Notes under the pieces: generated by a model
Database searches by the model: none
What the model was told of the DNA's origin: nothing
Seen by the model: only the letters and a program-made list of their open reading frames with translations
Assembly (NCBI RefSeq): GCF_018977255.1
Contig: NW_024704743.1
Coordinates: 71,178,001 to 71,242,000 of the forward strand
Direction: 5' to 3'
Origin: Callorhinchus milii
Taxonomy: Eukaryota
Length of the DNA stretch: 64,000 nt
Shown: piece by piece, positions 28,630 through 41,329 of the stretch
How the letters are laid out: the number at the start of each line of letters is the position of its first letter
Position numbering within the stretch: position 1 is the stretch's first letter
Made by a program: the position numbers and the translations under genes

Positions 28630-28716
28630 CAATGCCTAAAAGCCAAAGAAGCTACGGAAGATACAGAGCTGGCCATAATTAAGACCCGACAGTGTATGAG
28701 CGAATTGAGGAGAGAA
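28630..28716 (+). CDS. CTNNAL1: Alpha-catulin coding exon (QCLKAKEATEDTELAIIKTRQCMSELRRE)
   Basis: acag|CAA...GAA|gtaagt; 87 nt, phase 0-0, open. Confidence 0.9.
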
Positions 28717-29940
28717 GTAAGTAAAATTTAGTTCTAAAGTAAGTTGAAAATAATGAAAGATGCACATCAGCCCTGCAGCCAAGATTCAAATGTAATTTTT
28801 TTTAACAGATTTAATAGAAGCTGCTTGCAGCAAATGTTCATTTCCACAAAAGAAACTAGATAAACTAGAGGTCTCAAAAAGAGGCGTCTCAGAGGGAACC
28901 TCGAGAGGTATATAAGATGGTAAATGAGATTGAGAAATGAAACCAAGAACAATACTCCAAATCAGCAGGAGATGAGGGGCACAAGTTCAAGATCGAGAAG
29001 TACAAGCTACAGACAAACAGCAAGATAGATTTCTTCACATTGAGGGTGATTCACAGTTGCAAGAATTGTAGAGGGCAGGAAGCTGGACTTGATTAAGAAA
29101 AAGCTTGATGGTGTAATGGGAAGATAATAGGATGAGATTTCTGAAAGGATGAAATCAAATGGGCCAAAGGGCCTCTTCATTCGAATGTCTCTTGTGATCT
29201 TGTGAGCTGATCAGAATCATAATGAGACTAGTTATTAAGACAGATGAAAGCTGATGACGAGGGTAGAATAATGTGAGTTGTGAACATGATTTGTAGCTTT
29301 TAAGCCATTGTCGGTGCTTCAAGCTATTAGGATTCAAGTGAAGAAAATTACTTTAATTTCTCCCATACACAAAGTGATCTATGCCAACTTGAACGCTTGT
29401 AACTCACCTGGTGAAGGAGCTGTATATATAATGGCAAAATTGGAAGTGCATTGATAGATGGCTAAACAGACTGAAACCACAGGTTTCCATTCAGTATACA
29501 GCTATGTCAGGCTCCTTCCTCACTTTGTGTTTCACAGAGACAGAGAGCAAGGTATTTTAGCTCTGTTGCTGCAGGTAGTCTGGGTGAGGTGGGATCAGCT
29601 GTGTTAATTTGCAGTATTTCTTGTTAGAACATTTGTAATCAAACATCAAATGTGGGAAAGAAAGCATTATCCCATTTTGAGAACATCCATTTGCACTGTA
29701 TACCCTTGCATTGTATATAATAATGCCAGGTACAATTCTTTTTTGTTGTTTTTAAATGCAAAAGAAAGCTCTTTGACTCATGGTGCTTGTTCAGGTTCTC
29801 TGTTTAGTCACACTTCCCTACCTTTTCCCCATACGCTTTCCTTTTTTCCTTTTCAGATGTTTCCCTTTTTTCCTTTTCAGATGTTTCCCCTTATAGGTTC
29901 TCTTCAACCATTGTTTTTGGTACACCATTTTGTGTCCTAA

Positions 29941-30196
29941 TAATAATAATAATTCTTGGTATAGAGCTTTTCACGTCTCCTAGACATCTCAAAGCACTTT
30001 ACAGAATAGACTGTAAAGTGAATTGAATATATTTTGCAGTTGTGGTTTGAAATAACCAATTTATTATTTTTTTTGAGGGATTATTATCAGGCATGTGGAG
30101 TAAAGAAACTTGCCCAAGGTTTCACCCTGACAGGAATCTAACCCAAGTCTCTCGCTGGCAAAGCAAGTACTATAATCACTAAGTTACAGGACTCCA
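29941..30196 (-). mobile_element. tRNA-derived SINE, short form with internal deletion
   Basis: Reverse complement family copy. Confidence 0.85.
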
Positions 30197-30604
30197 CAAG
30201 TCTGTGCATTTTGTACATAGTACAAAATGCACAGTCGCTACACTTCACAATAAATCCTGCGAAGCAACCAAGATGCTACCCCCCATGAAGGGCGCTATAG
30301 AAATGAATATTGTTGTTGAGGTGTCTTCCCATTGTGAAAGGTAATATATCAAATGCAAGGATTAATATTAATAATCTGTGTAAAAGAAATTCTCCTACCT
30401 TCTCGCTTTGCGAAAACTTTAATGCACACACTGAAAATTGTAATCAGGGAAAACTTTATAATTGCTTGAAATATTGAATTGTCTTTTGCAGGTCAATTGA
30501 TTAAATTTAAACATTAATATTTGTAATTGGTCTTCAACCTCGACCGTAAAGATTAATTATTCACTGTTTGTCAGATTTTACCCCGATTTCAACAGAATGT
30601 TATG

Positions 30605-31075
30605 AGGCCTAAAAGAGTTAAGTTACGAAGAAAGGCTGCGTAAACTTGGATTGTATTCCCTTGAGTTGAGAAGGTTGAGGGGTGATTTGATTGAGGTATT
30701 TAAGATGATAAAGGGATTTGATAGGGTAGGTTTAGAGAAGCTATTTCCTCTGGTGGGGGAATCCAAAACAAGAGAGCATATAGTCTTGAAATTAGAATCA
30801 AGCCATTTAAGAGTGAAATCAGGAAGCTTTTTTTCACTCAAAGGGTGATAGAAATCTGGAATTCTCTCCTCCAAAAGGCCGTGGATGCTGCATCTATCCA
30901 CACCTTCAAGAGTGAGGTTGATAGATTTTTGGTAGGTCAGGGTAATAAGGGATATGGGGAGAAAGCAGGAAATTGGAATTGAAAGGATTAGTTGAGGTAT
31001 AGATTAGCCATGATCTAATTGAATGGTGGAAAGGCACGAAGGGCTGAATGGCCTACTACTGTTCCTATATTCCTG
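30605..31075 (+). mobile_element. CR1 LINE 3' end
   Basis: LSYEERLRKLGLYSLELRRLRGDLIEVFKMIKG; 3' UTR GGGCTGAATGGCCTACT..TGTTCCTAT; weaker copies at about 26230-26530, 28880-29200, 21760-21990 (-), 59160-59320 (-). Confidence 0.9.
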
Positions 31076-31813
31076 TGGTGCAGTAGGTAAAATTACACAC
31101 TGCCCAGTTTAGCAGTAAAATCACAGTATTGATTCTGGGTATGCGAGACTGCTAATCTGTCTCCTTAAAACAGGAAATATAAACCAGCGTTCTTGTGCTC
31201 CTTATCTTTATGCAGTGACCACGAACACAAATTGTCCATTTGTACACATCAAGCTATTCTAGGATTAGGCTCAGCTTTGATGTCTCCTTCAAACCATGTC
31301 CATACAAACCTAGATACTCATTTACTGGGCACAAGAATAATCTCTCAGCCAAAGTAATAGAGGGCTGGTCTTTCATACAGAACTAGTTTTAGGCAAGAGC
31401 TAGTACCATTCATAGTGAAAAGAAAACTACAACAACAACAAGATTCCATTTATAAAGCGCCTTTCACGTCAGGAGGACGTCCCTCCTATTAGCAATAAGA
31501 AAGTAAATGCGGTGCACTCCTAGATAACTGGACCCTGGCTTAACTTGTCACTACCATTTAATTCAGGCTGTCAATATCCTGACAGCATTTATTCATATAT
31601 TTATACACATGCCTAACTCGCCACTTCTGATTACTCGTCACTGAGCCATTTTCCCTCGGAGTGACGAGTTATAAGGAGTTTATTATACACAATTTAGATT
31701 GCCAGTACAATTCACAAACCATTTCCTTGTTTGTTTAACACAGAAAATAATTTGGCTGAGAAATAAAATTGTTGCGAAAATCATGTCATTGTGAGAACTC
31801 TTCTTTTCCTCAG

Positions 31814-31972
31814 CTTCAAAACGCAGCAGTGCAGTTAGCAGCAGATCTTCTGAAGTGCTACACAGAACATGTAGTCCTTAAAGCGCTGAAAGTTTCTGGA
31901 TCTGAAGGAAACTTAGAGGTAGTGGCTGAATATACGGGCAAACTATCGGAACAGAAGGAACAGCTGATTGAG
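31814..31972 (+). CDS. CTNNAL1: Alpha-catulin coding exon (LQNAAVQLAADLLK...LSEQKEQLIE)
   Basis: ctcag|CTT...GAG|gtaaag; 159 nt, phase 0-0. Confidence 0.95.
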
Positions 31973-33614
31973 GTAAAGGGCACCACTGGGAATATAAAGC
32001 ATCACCAAATCGGGTTGCCATCAGAAAGAGTCTTGAAACTCTTGTAAATGCAATAATAACAAAGCAAGAAGTATAAGGCATCGTAATGCAGCAGAAAAAT
32101 GTACTTAATGCCTGTGGTTAAAGTTGATTAAAAAAAATACAGCAATGTTCAATCCCCTGCAGTTTCTCTGAAACGTTGCTCAATTTCTGCAGAGTGAGTC
32201 CTAATGGTGTTCTAACTTTTTTTTTAGTATCTGATGAAAGTATCTTGAACCAGGTAATACTTTCATTAAGAACATAAAGTATGGAACATTATCAGTACCT
32301 CAACGCAACCTGTGCCTAAAACTCTTTGGAATTAAGTAAACAGGATGCGTGCCTCCAGGGAGAGAGTGTACATTCCATTCCAAACAGAGGAAACATTCCC
32401 GGTGTAGGTGCCATATCTATGTGGAACTCTGTCTGGTTTGGATATTTTTCAGTTTGGCAATTGATTTCTGCATGTGTCAGACAGCTGCTGACCAAAAAAC
32501 CCCAGTAAACTACACAAGGTTAGAATAATCTCTTTTGATTTAGGAATCGTAGTGTTAGTCGATTAACTATGTTGATGATAGCTTTACATTGTCTGGAAAC
32601 CTTTAGTGAAGTAGCAATAGCCATCGAAACTCTTTTCCTTCTCCACCTCTGCTGCTGATCACTCAATCATTGTGTCCACGTTACCATTTTGCGTTTTAGT
32701 GTGGTTAGTTTGCATTTGCCCATCTTAAATTTCATCTGCTACCCCCATCTTCATAATTGTACTTTCTCTGCCTTCAAAACTCTTTTAAAAGCCTATCTCC
32801 CTGTCCTTGGTCAACAACCTTAAACTCCTTCTCCTCTGGTTCCTGCTTATTGATCCCCATTGTTTTTGTTAAGTGCATTATGTCATTATTCTATGTGAAA
32901 GGCACTATAAATAATTATAAACCTTATATGTATTATAATGTCCAAACTTCTCAAATTGCTGCACCGGCAATTGCTGTCAACCATAGTGACTGTATTTGTA
33001 AGCAATCGTGACAGCCAATTAGCGCACAGTAGAGTCCCGTAAATGCAAGTGATTAATTGGTTGAGATTTCCTTTTCATGCACCTTGTACGGTATTATTCA
33101 CCTCTCTTGTATTTTGGTGTTATCAGTGAATGTTATAACACTGAAAGTACTTTATGGTGTGCCCACCACCCTCGGCTCTCACACCCATCTCTGGTTCCAA
33201 GCCTGTTAAGCTCCTTAAAAGATCTCTGGATGGGAAAGGCGCTATATAAATGCAAATTTGTATAGTATTGTATGGCTTGGGAGAAATGTAGAAAAGCCAG
33301 GCCACGGATTGTGAACCAAAGCAAGTCATTCATCTGTTTCACAATTGTTCCTGTGGTGTGATTGTCCAGATGTAGACTGGAAGTATTGCTGACGAGGAGT
33401 GTTTGTACATGAAATGTCAAATGTTAATATTGGGATTGATGAATCGCTTAATAAAAGTTAAAGGATTCTTAGCAAATGCAAACCAGTGGAAGAGATTGAG
33501 ACTGTTTGAATTTTGACTCAATGAAAGTGAGTGTCTTTGTGCTTCTTGTAGAGATATCTAAATATCAATATTTCCATGATATTCTGGTTGCTGTTTCTCT
33601 TCCCCCCCCACCAG

Positions 33615-33707
33615 ACATGTCGATTACTGAGGCATATTTCAGGAACTGAACCTCTGGAGATCACTTGCATACATGCAGAAGAAACCTTTCAAGTTATTGG
33701 CCCACAA
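33615..33707 (+). CDS. CTNNAL1: Alpha-catulin coding exon (TCRLLRHISGTEPLEITCIHAEETFQVIGPQ)
   Basis: ccag|ACA...CAA|gtaagt; 93 nt; highly conserved alpha-catulin peptide. Confidence 0.96.
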
Positions 33708-34932
33708 GTAAGTAAGTTTTTACTGAATGGAATTTTCTCTTTTTTAAAAAAAGAGACAGAGATACGAGTGAGGTTTGGGTATTGTCTCACTCACTCCCAT
33801 TGTTCTGGGCTTTCCTGTATTACACATCCATCAGCTGAAGCTGACTGTCCTGCTATGGTGCCAAGGGATGCCGGGAGGGAAGTGGGGTTTCCTTGGAGCT
33901 GAACTGGCTCCAAGGTGACATGTTTGGCAACGGAATGTCAAAATCGAGTCAATCGCGGTGGAGATGTCAGGGGTCTGGGTAGTCCAGTTCCTGAGCCAGG
34001 AGGGTCTGCGGTATTCCAGGGTGCTGCTGATGACAGCACAGCACATCGGTAGGACTTGGAAGAGCCAACCAATCACTGGGATCTAGAATCATTCACATTC
34101 AGCTCCTGGTAACCCTGCAAGCCAAAGCTTCAAAGGGTAAAGTGGCCCTAACTAGACAACCAGCAGGAGCCTTGCCAGACATTGCCGTCAATGCAAACTT
34201 TGTATTTTTTGCTGGTTATACTCCAGCATCACCTCAATACACATACACACCTGCACCTAATACTCTCTGCACTTAGTTAAGCAGGGTACGTCCCTCTGGG
34301 GAGAGAGAGTCACATTCCATTCCAGACACAGGAATATCCATGCGTAGGTGGCATACGTGGAACATCTCAGTCTAGATTGGATACTCTTTAAGCATCCGTG
34401 AGTATCAGACACCCGGTTGACCAAAATTAAAAAAATCAGAATATCATCTGAAGCTGTGGGAATGGGTGAGCACGGGGGCCCCTGTCAGCCTGTGTCTCCT
34501 GCCAGTTGGAGATAAGTCCAGTAGTACTTGGTCATAAGACTCCCTCCTCCCCTACATGAGGAAGGGAGTGAGGCTGACATTTTCAGCCTCGAGTGCCCGT
34601 GTGAAGTTGTGACATCCTGTGAAGCTGGCAGAGATGTCAGAGGTGCAGTCCAAATGTGTCCCGTGTTTTTACAGGTAAAATTGCAGCTTCTGACAGGCCA
34701 CTTAAGTAAACACTGTTACTATGTACAACTTGCTGCTCAATCGCCAGATCCACTGCGAAGAAGCATTAATGTGCTTTAGGTACACAAGTTGTGTCCTCGC
34801 ACTGTGTAACCAAACGGCTTCATGTGGCCCCAAAGTCTGTTCCCCACACAACTCTGTTAATATGCCCATGTGTACCTCTGCAACACAAAAGGCTTCTTTC
34901 ATCGCAGGTAAATTAATTGTTTTCTTTCACAG

Positions 34933-35083
34933 ATCATTTCTGCTGCCCAGACCTTGGCTCTGCACCCTTCCAGTAAGATTGCTAAAGAAAACCTTGACGT
35001 CTTTTGTGAGGCTTGGGAGTCGCAGCTGAATGACATGTCCATCCTGCTGAAAGAGATCAATGACGTGTTTGAAGGGAGAAGAG
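34933..35083 (+). CDS. CTNNAL1: Alpha-catulin coding exon (IISAAQTLALHPSSKIAKENLDVFCEAWESQLNDMSILLKEINDVFEGRR)
   Basis: cacag|ATC...AGA G|gtgaat; 151 nt, phase 0-1. Confidence 0.96.
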
Positions 35084-35297
35084 GTGAATAGTCTTTGCTC
35101 AGGACTCAGCCTGGTTTCTGCATTACTAAATCCAGATTGTTGGCTTGATAGCAGCATAATACATAGATTCTATCAGATGGCCTTGAGGAAGAATGCTACC
35201 GTTTAAAACGAAATCTCTCGTGCCTTAAATTTCAAATTGCATCTAGATAGATGAGTTATGTACTTTGTGAAAAAGTCTTATGCCGCATTTACATAGT

Positions 35298-35613
35298 GGA
35301 GTCCTGTAGCTCAGTGGTTAGAGCACTCGCTTTGCAAGCGAGAGACCTGAGTTCAATTCCCGGCAGAGGGCAAAACCTTGGGCAAGTTTTCTTACTCCAC
35401 ACGCCTAATAATAATCCCTCCAAAACCAAAAACAATAATAAATTGGTCATTTTCAATCTACGACTGTTTGTGGGACATTGCTGTGCGCAATTGGCTGCCG
35501 TGTTCGCCCACAAATATACAGTCAATTCACTTTACAGTGTGTTCTGTGAAGCGCTTTGGGACGTCCTCCCGACGTGAAAAGCGCTATATCAAATGCAAGG
35601 ATTATTATTATTA
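35298..35613 (+). mobile_element. Young tRNA-derived SINE, short form
   Basis: Near-identical to 11308-11622; perfect CTCGC-TTTGCAA-GCGAG anticodon arm. Confidence 0.92.
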
Positions 35614-35794
35614 CGCACCCTTCTGTCTACCCACTACAGCATTAAGCAGTTTCTTAAATTAGTTCAGCGTCTGGCCTCAATCCTGATGGCCAGTTCCAGT
35701 TGTTGATTACTCTTGGTTTACCCCCGAGATGTGTCTAAAATTCTGAAGCTCTAGACGTATCTGGAAGTATTGTTCGGGGTTTACTTTCTCTATT

Positions 35795-36056
35795 TTCTGT
35801 TTACCTAGCAGTAATTAGGAAACCGGTTGTTAGTTGATTGGTGGATCGCTTTTCCAAGCGAAATAATTCCTTCAACAAAAAAGAATTGGTCACTTCAATC
35901 CATAACTGTTTGTGGGACACTGCTGTGTGCGATTGGCTGCTGCGTTTCACCCACAAAATATACAGTCAATTCACTTTGCACTATATTCTGTGAAGCGCTT
36001 TGAGACATCTAGAAGATGTGATAAGTCGCCACAGCAAATGCAAGGATTATTATTAG
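35795..36056 (+). mobile_element. 5'-truncated long-form SINE
   Basis: Starts at the central segment; a similar truncated copy lies at about 795-1032. Confidence 0.8.
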
Positions 36057-36186
36057 TTAACAACTTGTACACAATGCAACCCTGTTCCAATGAGCCTCAC
36101 TAGAGTGTAAATTTGCCTATAATGTGGTTGCACTGTGGACCCCATTCACTGCACATGCAACGCCGTGGCCTGTTCACTGATTTTTG

Positions 36187-36306
36187 GCTAAAACGGCCAA
36201 CTTAATGGTCATTAGGTCAACTTCACTTTCGGCATTGCTGTGCGTGTGCAAAGCAGAAAGTGATGTTGACAACGACCTAATGACCTGGAAGTCAGCCATT
36301 TTTAGC
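36187..36306. repeat. Imperfect palindrome of about 120 bp, MITE-like core
   Basis: GCTAAAA..GGTCATTAGGTC..CACTTTC..TTGC pairs with GCAA..GAAAGTG..GACCTAATGACC..TTTTAGC. Confidence 0.75.
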
Positions 36307-38654
36307 TTTCCGTGCTAAAAAAACTGATTGACCACCTAAACCCACACCTTCTCATAGGTCTGGAGCAACCCAAAACCTTTCTGATTTTCCACAAACGCAA
36401 CATCTGTTGAGCACACCTTTTAACCAGTGACTGCTCTGAAATCCATCAAAATATGTGACCTTGCTCTGGTGCATTTGATTTTGTTTTTTGGGCAGCCAGG
36501 GATCTGACACACGTGGAATCCATCACCATGCACGAGTCTCCAGACACCAATTGGGCAACTTCTCAGTAATTGTTCAGCTAGGAACACCACACTGTTGGGG
36601 CCATGATTTTAGGGTTAATAGGAGCCAGGTTAACTGGCCTGTCATCAACAGTGCCTTAGAGAACTGACTCAGAACAAGACGACTGGGACTGTTGCAAAAG
36701 ACTGATTTTATTCCAGTATTCCTTTGCCAGGAGTGGAGACAACTTAGCCTCGAAGAGACTGAGACCCCTACCTACCTCCCCAAGGAAGATATTCACTAGT
36801 TTACCATTAGATATTTAACAGGTGTAGATTTGAGTCCTCACTGGATAGCAGGTACCAGGAATTCTTCACAAACTGCATAGTGACAACTCAGGACAACTCA
36901 GTATAAAATATAGGAGAGTGTTTTTTTTCTATTCTCCTGAACATAGCTTGGACACACAACTCTACCTATTGAGAGGTGGCTGCACTGTATGGAGGTGCGG
37001 AGCTTCAGCTATTTACTCACTGTATGCCTATCAAATAAGGTGGATATCAAGCATATGAATGTATGAGGTTGTGTTTATGAACCTGGACTCCAGGTAATGA
37101 CGTCCAGCAGCTATCATCCTGAGCCTTGGAGTTTCTCATCCTTATTTGACGGCTATCTGCTTTCATTGTGGAGAAAGCTTCAGGGCCACGTCCGACCTCC
37201 CAGTCACCTTCGTGTTTTAGAGGTCGATGTCTTGCTAACCACTTACTGACCATCAACTGAATAATCCAGGTCCTCACGCGAGGTGCTTTGGCAAAGAGAC
37301 AAACCTGCTATGAAGCTGACTCCACCTTATCAGAACGTGGTGGAGTATTCGTGGAGCTATTTGGGTGCAATGGGAGACGGGAGAACTTGGCTGGAACTTA
37401 TGTGACTTTTTTGGGTGGTAGAGGGAAGAAATTCACCTGATTTTTTCCCCTTCAATTTCTCCTCTGAAGAGCTTTGTATGTAGTTCCTTGGCACCAGACA
37501 CCCTCTAGTGGCTGTTCTGCTCATGTGCGGCTTGGACCAATGTGAGTTGAGCTGAAGCTTATCGGCTAAACTTGTTCATACACATCTATGTCCCGTGATT
37601 ATGTATTTTACCAACAATAAAAGTAATTGCATGTCATTCTGACATTTGTGTGCCTTTGAACATGGTTAGTCCACGGGTTATTAGCCCAACCTGCAGTTTA
37701 GTGAATGTTAGTGGTCTATCAACAGAGAGGATCAACATAGCTGTGCCCAATCTTGTCCTTGCTTGACATTTGCATAATGCACTCTCTTTGGGATCAAACT
37801 GGAGACACAACAGGAATGAATGTCTGAGTTCTGCGTTATACCAACTTGACTTATCGGGCAAGCGAATGTCCAAGTAATGATGATACAGCTCATCTGAAAC
37901 CAGGACTCTGGGAAATGGGGAATCATATGTGACTGCCACAAACAAATCATAGTAACGTAGTAACATAGTAAGAGACAGCCACACACTGATCTGAATGTAC
38001 TCCAAACCAACTGGAGGATTGATTTTGGAAGCGAGAGACCTCTTGTTGGGAGATACCTTGTTTCTAAAGCAGTTTCAGATCTGAGCTGTCTCTCACTGAT
38101 ATTATGGTCCCATTTGCCTGTTCAGGTGGCTGTTGAAGATCCAAAAAGAGAATGGAATTGCTCCTGGAGTCATGGCCAACAATCCCCAGATAAAATTGGT
38201 CATTCTCTTCATGGCAGTTTGTGGGACACTGCTGTGTAAATATTTGCTGTCATATTCACATATCAATACATAGTAAAATCCTGTGAAGAACTTTGAGATG
38301 GTTTGACAACATGATAGATGCTATTTGAAATGCAAGGGTTATTATTATAATATGTTTTCATCTTTGAAAACTCAAATGAGATAGCGCATTACCACATATT
38401 TCAAGAAGTATTAACGAATATGGAGAAAGAGATGGAAAGTCGAATAAACAATAAAAGGTGACTTGGAGAAACAGCAGCAATAGCATAGAAGAGCTGAGTG
38501 GCCTGTTTCTAGACTGTAAGTTGTGCAGCATTGATTAATATAATCAAAAGAGGATGTTTCTCTTATCCACAATCCATAATCTGTTTCTGAAATAGTTCCT
38601 TTGTGTTTCACCTTGTTGCATTTAACAATGGTTTATTTTCATCTGTTTCCCTAG

Positions 38655-38692
38655 GAGAGAAGCGTGTGTACCTTTCGCTACCTAGACCAGGG
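38655..38692 (+). CDS. CTNNAL1: Alpha-catulin small exon (GEKRVYLSLPRPG)
   Basis: cctag|GA...GGG|gtgagt; 38 nt, phase 1-0, fits previous exon. Confidence 0.92.
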
Positions 38693-39139
38693 GTGAGTAT
38701 TATTCCATTTGTTTTTATTTATAAAACAATTCCAAACAATCTCACCCTTTGGGGCTCCAAATTCCAACCAGCCTTATAACAGGGTGTGATCGCCGGGCAG
38801 CACTTCTGATCATGTCATCATCGATATGCGACTTTGAGCAGAAAACCACCGTTCTGCATTAGACCAGGTCGTGCTCAAAATCACATCATTGCACTTCGCA
38901 ACGTATCATTGCACTTCTCATGTTATCTCACTTTAAAAGGCGGTATTGCATACATGTTTAAGTGTGATAACAATCTAATGTGCACCGATGGTGCTATAGA
39001 TGTGAATTTGGAAGTTTTTTGTCAATGTCAAGGTCTATCCCTCACATTATAATGGGGTCCTAGAGTATAATTAAGCTGTTGGTATAAGTGAAAATACAAG
39101 ACCGTACTGTTCTCTCATATCTTTATCTGTTTGCATCAG

Positions 39140-39190
39140 AAACACAATTCAAATCTGAAGATGGTTAAAGCAGTCAAACTAGATGCCGAG
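39140..39190 (+). CDS. CTNNAL1: Alpha-catulin small exon (KHNSNLKMVKAVKLDAE)
   Basis: atcag|AAA...GAG|gtaag; 51 nt, phase 0-0. Confidence 0.92.
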
Positions 39191-39364
39191 GTAAGACATT
39201 TCTATTTGGTTATCATTGCTTAAAAGTAAAGCAGTAATTCTTTTGTTGCCTGAAAGAAGCAGGCATAGCATTGCTAAACCAAGGTTTACTCTGGTCCTCA
39301 GCTAGTTGGCTAATCCTCCAGTGCGATTGTCAGCATTTGGACACGTAACGTTTCTGTGTTTCAG

Positions 39365-39519
39365 GAACAGGCCAAAATGGCAAAGTTAGGGCTGGAGCTG
39401 CGTCTGCACACGTCAGATGTAGATGCAGAAACGGAGAGATGGGAGGACCAGGACAGCGAGATTCTTCGGCAAGCCCAGAGCATGTCGAGCATGGCCTACT
39501 CCATGTACCTATTCACCAG
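39365..39519 (+). CDS. CTNNAL1: Alpha-catulin coding exon (EQAKMAKLGLELRLHTSDVDAETERWEDQ...MAYSMYLFTR)
   Basis: ttcag|GAA...ACC AG|gtagg; 155 nt, phase 0-2; vinculin-tail-like motif MSSMAYSMYLFTRG. Confidence 0.96.
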
Positions 39520-39802
39520 GTAGGAGCGAGTTTGCAATCAACCTTCCAAAACCATTGCTTTTAATTTACGTTCCTGATGCTTTTTGTGAGAATGCACCAC
39601 TTCTACTTAAAATGGTGTGAACATGTATCAAGGCTACACATACATATTACAGTAGAACCTTTGTTACTCTTATTTCTCACCTTAATATTTGGACTTAGTT
39701 TCTTGACTTTATTGACAGCTTTGCTCCATCCTGCTCCCCAGCAACCTTGAATTGCAGATGGTGGAGCTGTGAACCTCGTGTGTAGGGTTGTGTGTGTGTA
39801 TG

Positions 39803-40172
39803 CGGAGTCCTGTAGCTCAGCGGTTAGAGCACTTGCCTCATAAATGAGAGACCAGGGTTTGATTCCCGGGCAGGATGAAATGTTGGGCAAGTTTGCGTAC
39901 TCCACACATTTCTGTTTACTTAGCAGTAAGTAAGAACCCGGTTGTTAGTCAATTGGCAGATCACTTTTCTGGGAGTAATAATTCCTTCAAAAAAAATAAA
40001 AGTTTGGTCACTCAATCCAAGACTGTTTGTGGGACATTGCTGTGCGCAATTGACTGCCGTTTTCCGCCCACAAAATATACAGTCAGTTCACTTTACAGTA
40101 TACTCTGTGAAGTGCTTTGAGACATCTCAAAGACGTGATAAGGCGCTATATCAAATCCAAGGATTATTATGT
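39803..40172 (+). mobile_element. tRNA-derived SINE, long form
   Basis: Head, central TAGCAGTAAGTAAGAACCCGGTTGTTAG segment and L2-type tail. Confidence 0.88.
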
Positions 40173-41280
40173 TATTATGTGTGTGTGTAGGGAGGGGGGA
40201 GAAAAGGACAGAAGTTTTAATGTGGGATTTTTTCCCATTCTTTTCTGCATGTGACCATGGTCTTCAGACATACTAATGATAATGGTAATTAATAATAATG
40301 GCAGAGATTATCTTCAGGCCTTCTTGGATAACCTGAGGATCTGACGTCCCAGTGAGACAAACAGAGAGCTTGTAACTCCACTGTATGAGTATGTTGGGAT
40401 TTTCATTCTCGTAATCTAGGATGATACCAATGAAGTGCCGATGGAGTGCTGTACTATCAAAGGTGCTGGATTTCAGATGAGATGTTGTCTGCTTGTTCAG
40501 GTGGACATTTAACATCCCGTGGCACTATTCAAAAAGAGAAGGGAGTTTCTTCCAGTGTCCTGGCCAACAATTCTCCAGCAAAATTCACTCCATAGCTCAA
40601 TATGCCTCTGCCCAAACTGGCCCTCATGTTCACCTGCAAATATATAGTCACTACACTTTAAAGACACTGTGAATGTTTGAAATGTTCTTGGCATTAAGGG
40701 GTCTATATCCTTGCCTCCTTCAAGACCTTCCTATTTGATGGTGTTGTTGGTCATCCTTCTACCCTCACACTCCCAGTCCTCCACCTCTACTGATCCTAAC
40801 CCCCAGTTGGGTTCACATCTTGACTGTTCCAGTGCTTTGAGGCATCCTCCCGACGTGAAAGGCGCTATGCAAATATAATTTGTTGTTGTTACACCAAATG
40901 CAAGGGTTATTATTATTACCGCACATTGTAGATCTGAATTTTGTCCTTTCCGAGGCTTAAGACCATTGTTGTAAAACTTAAGAAATTTGGAAAATCATCC
41001 AAAATTCAGTCTAGATTAGGAAGCTGACTTACCACAGTTTTGTTTGATATTGCAGAGAGTCTACTTCTAAATTAAGATTGAATTTAAAACTATTTCCCCA
41101 AATTCTGCCAAATCTTTACTTTTTAACACAGCGGCCTAAGCCTAAGAACAGGAGAACTTTCAGGCTCTGACTTTCGTAGAATTGCAATGGTGTTTGTTGT
41201 TCATGGTGATTATATGTTATATTTATGATTAAAATTTTTCCTTTTNAAAAAAATAATCCTAAGAACTTTGTTTAATTCAG

Positions 41281-41329
41281 AGGAGAAGGCCTTTTGAAAA
41301 CAACACAAGATTTATTTCACCAAGCAGAA
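41281..41329 (+). CDS. CTNNAL1: Alpha-catulin small exon (GEGLLKTTQDLFHQAE)
   Basis: ttcag|A GGA...GAA|gtaagt; 49 nt, phase 2-0. Confidence 0.95.

Noticed and set aside
29842..29891. 24-bp tandem duplication with pyrimidine tract plus CAG as an exon acceptor
   Set aside because: No downstream donor or coding similarity; CTNNAL1 exon chain is complete without it
35298..35375. SINE heads as true tRNA-Ala(TGC) genes
   Set aside because: No complete acceptor stem; they continue into a SINE body and L2-type tail and occur as many diverged copies
35251..35662. Recurring near-identical short ORFs (e.g. MGKFSYSTRLIIIPP...) as a multigene peptide family
   Set aside because: They are translations of SINE copies
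41246..41246. Single ambiguous base (n) upstream of a CTNNAL1 exon
   Set aside because: Assembly ambiguity between homopolymer runs; does not touch the splice site
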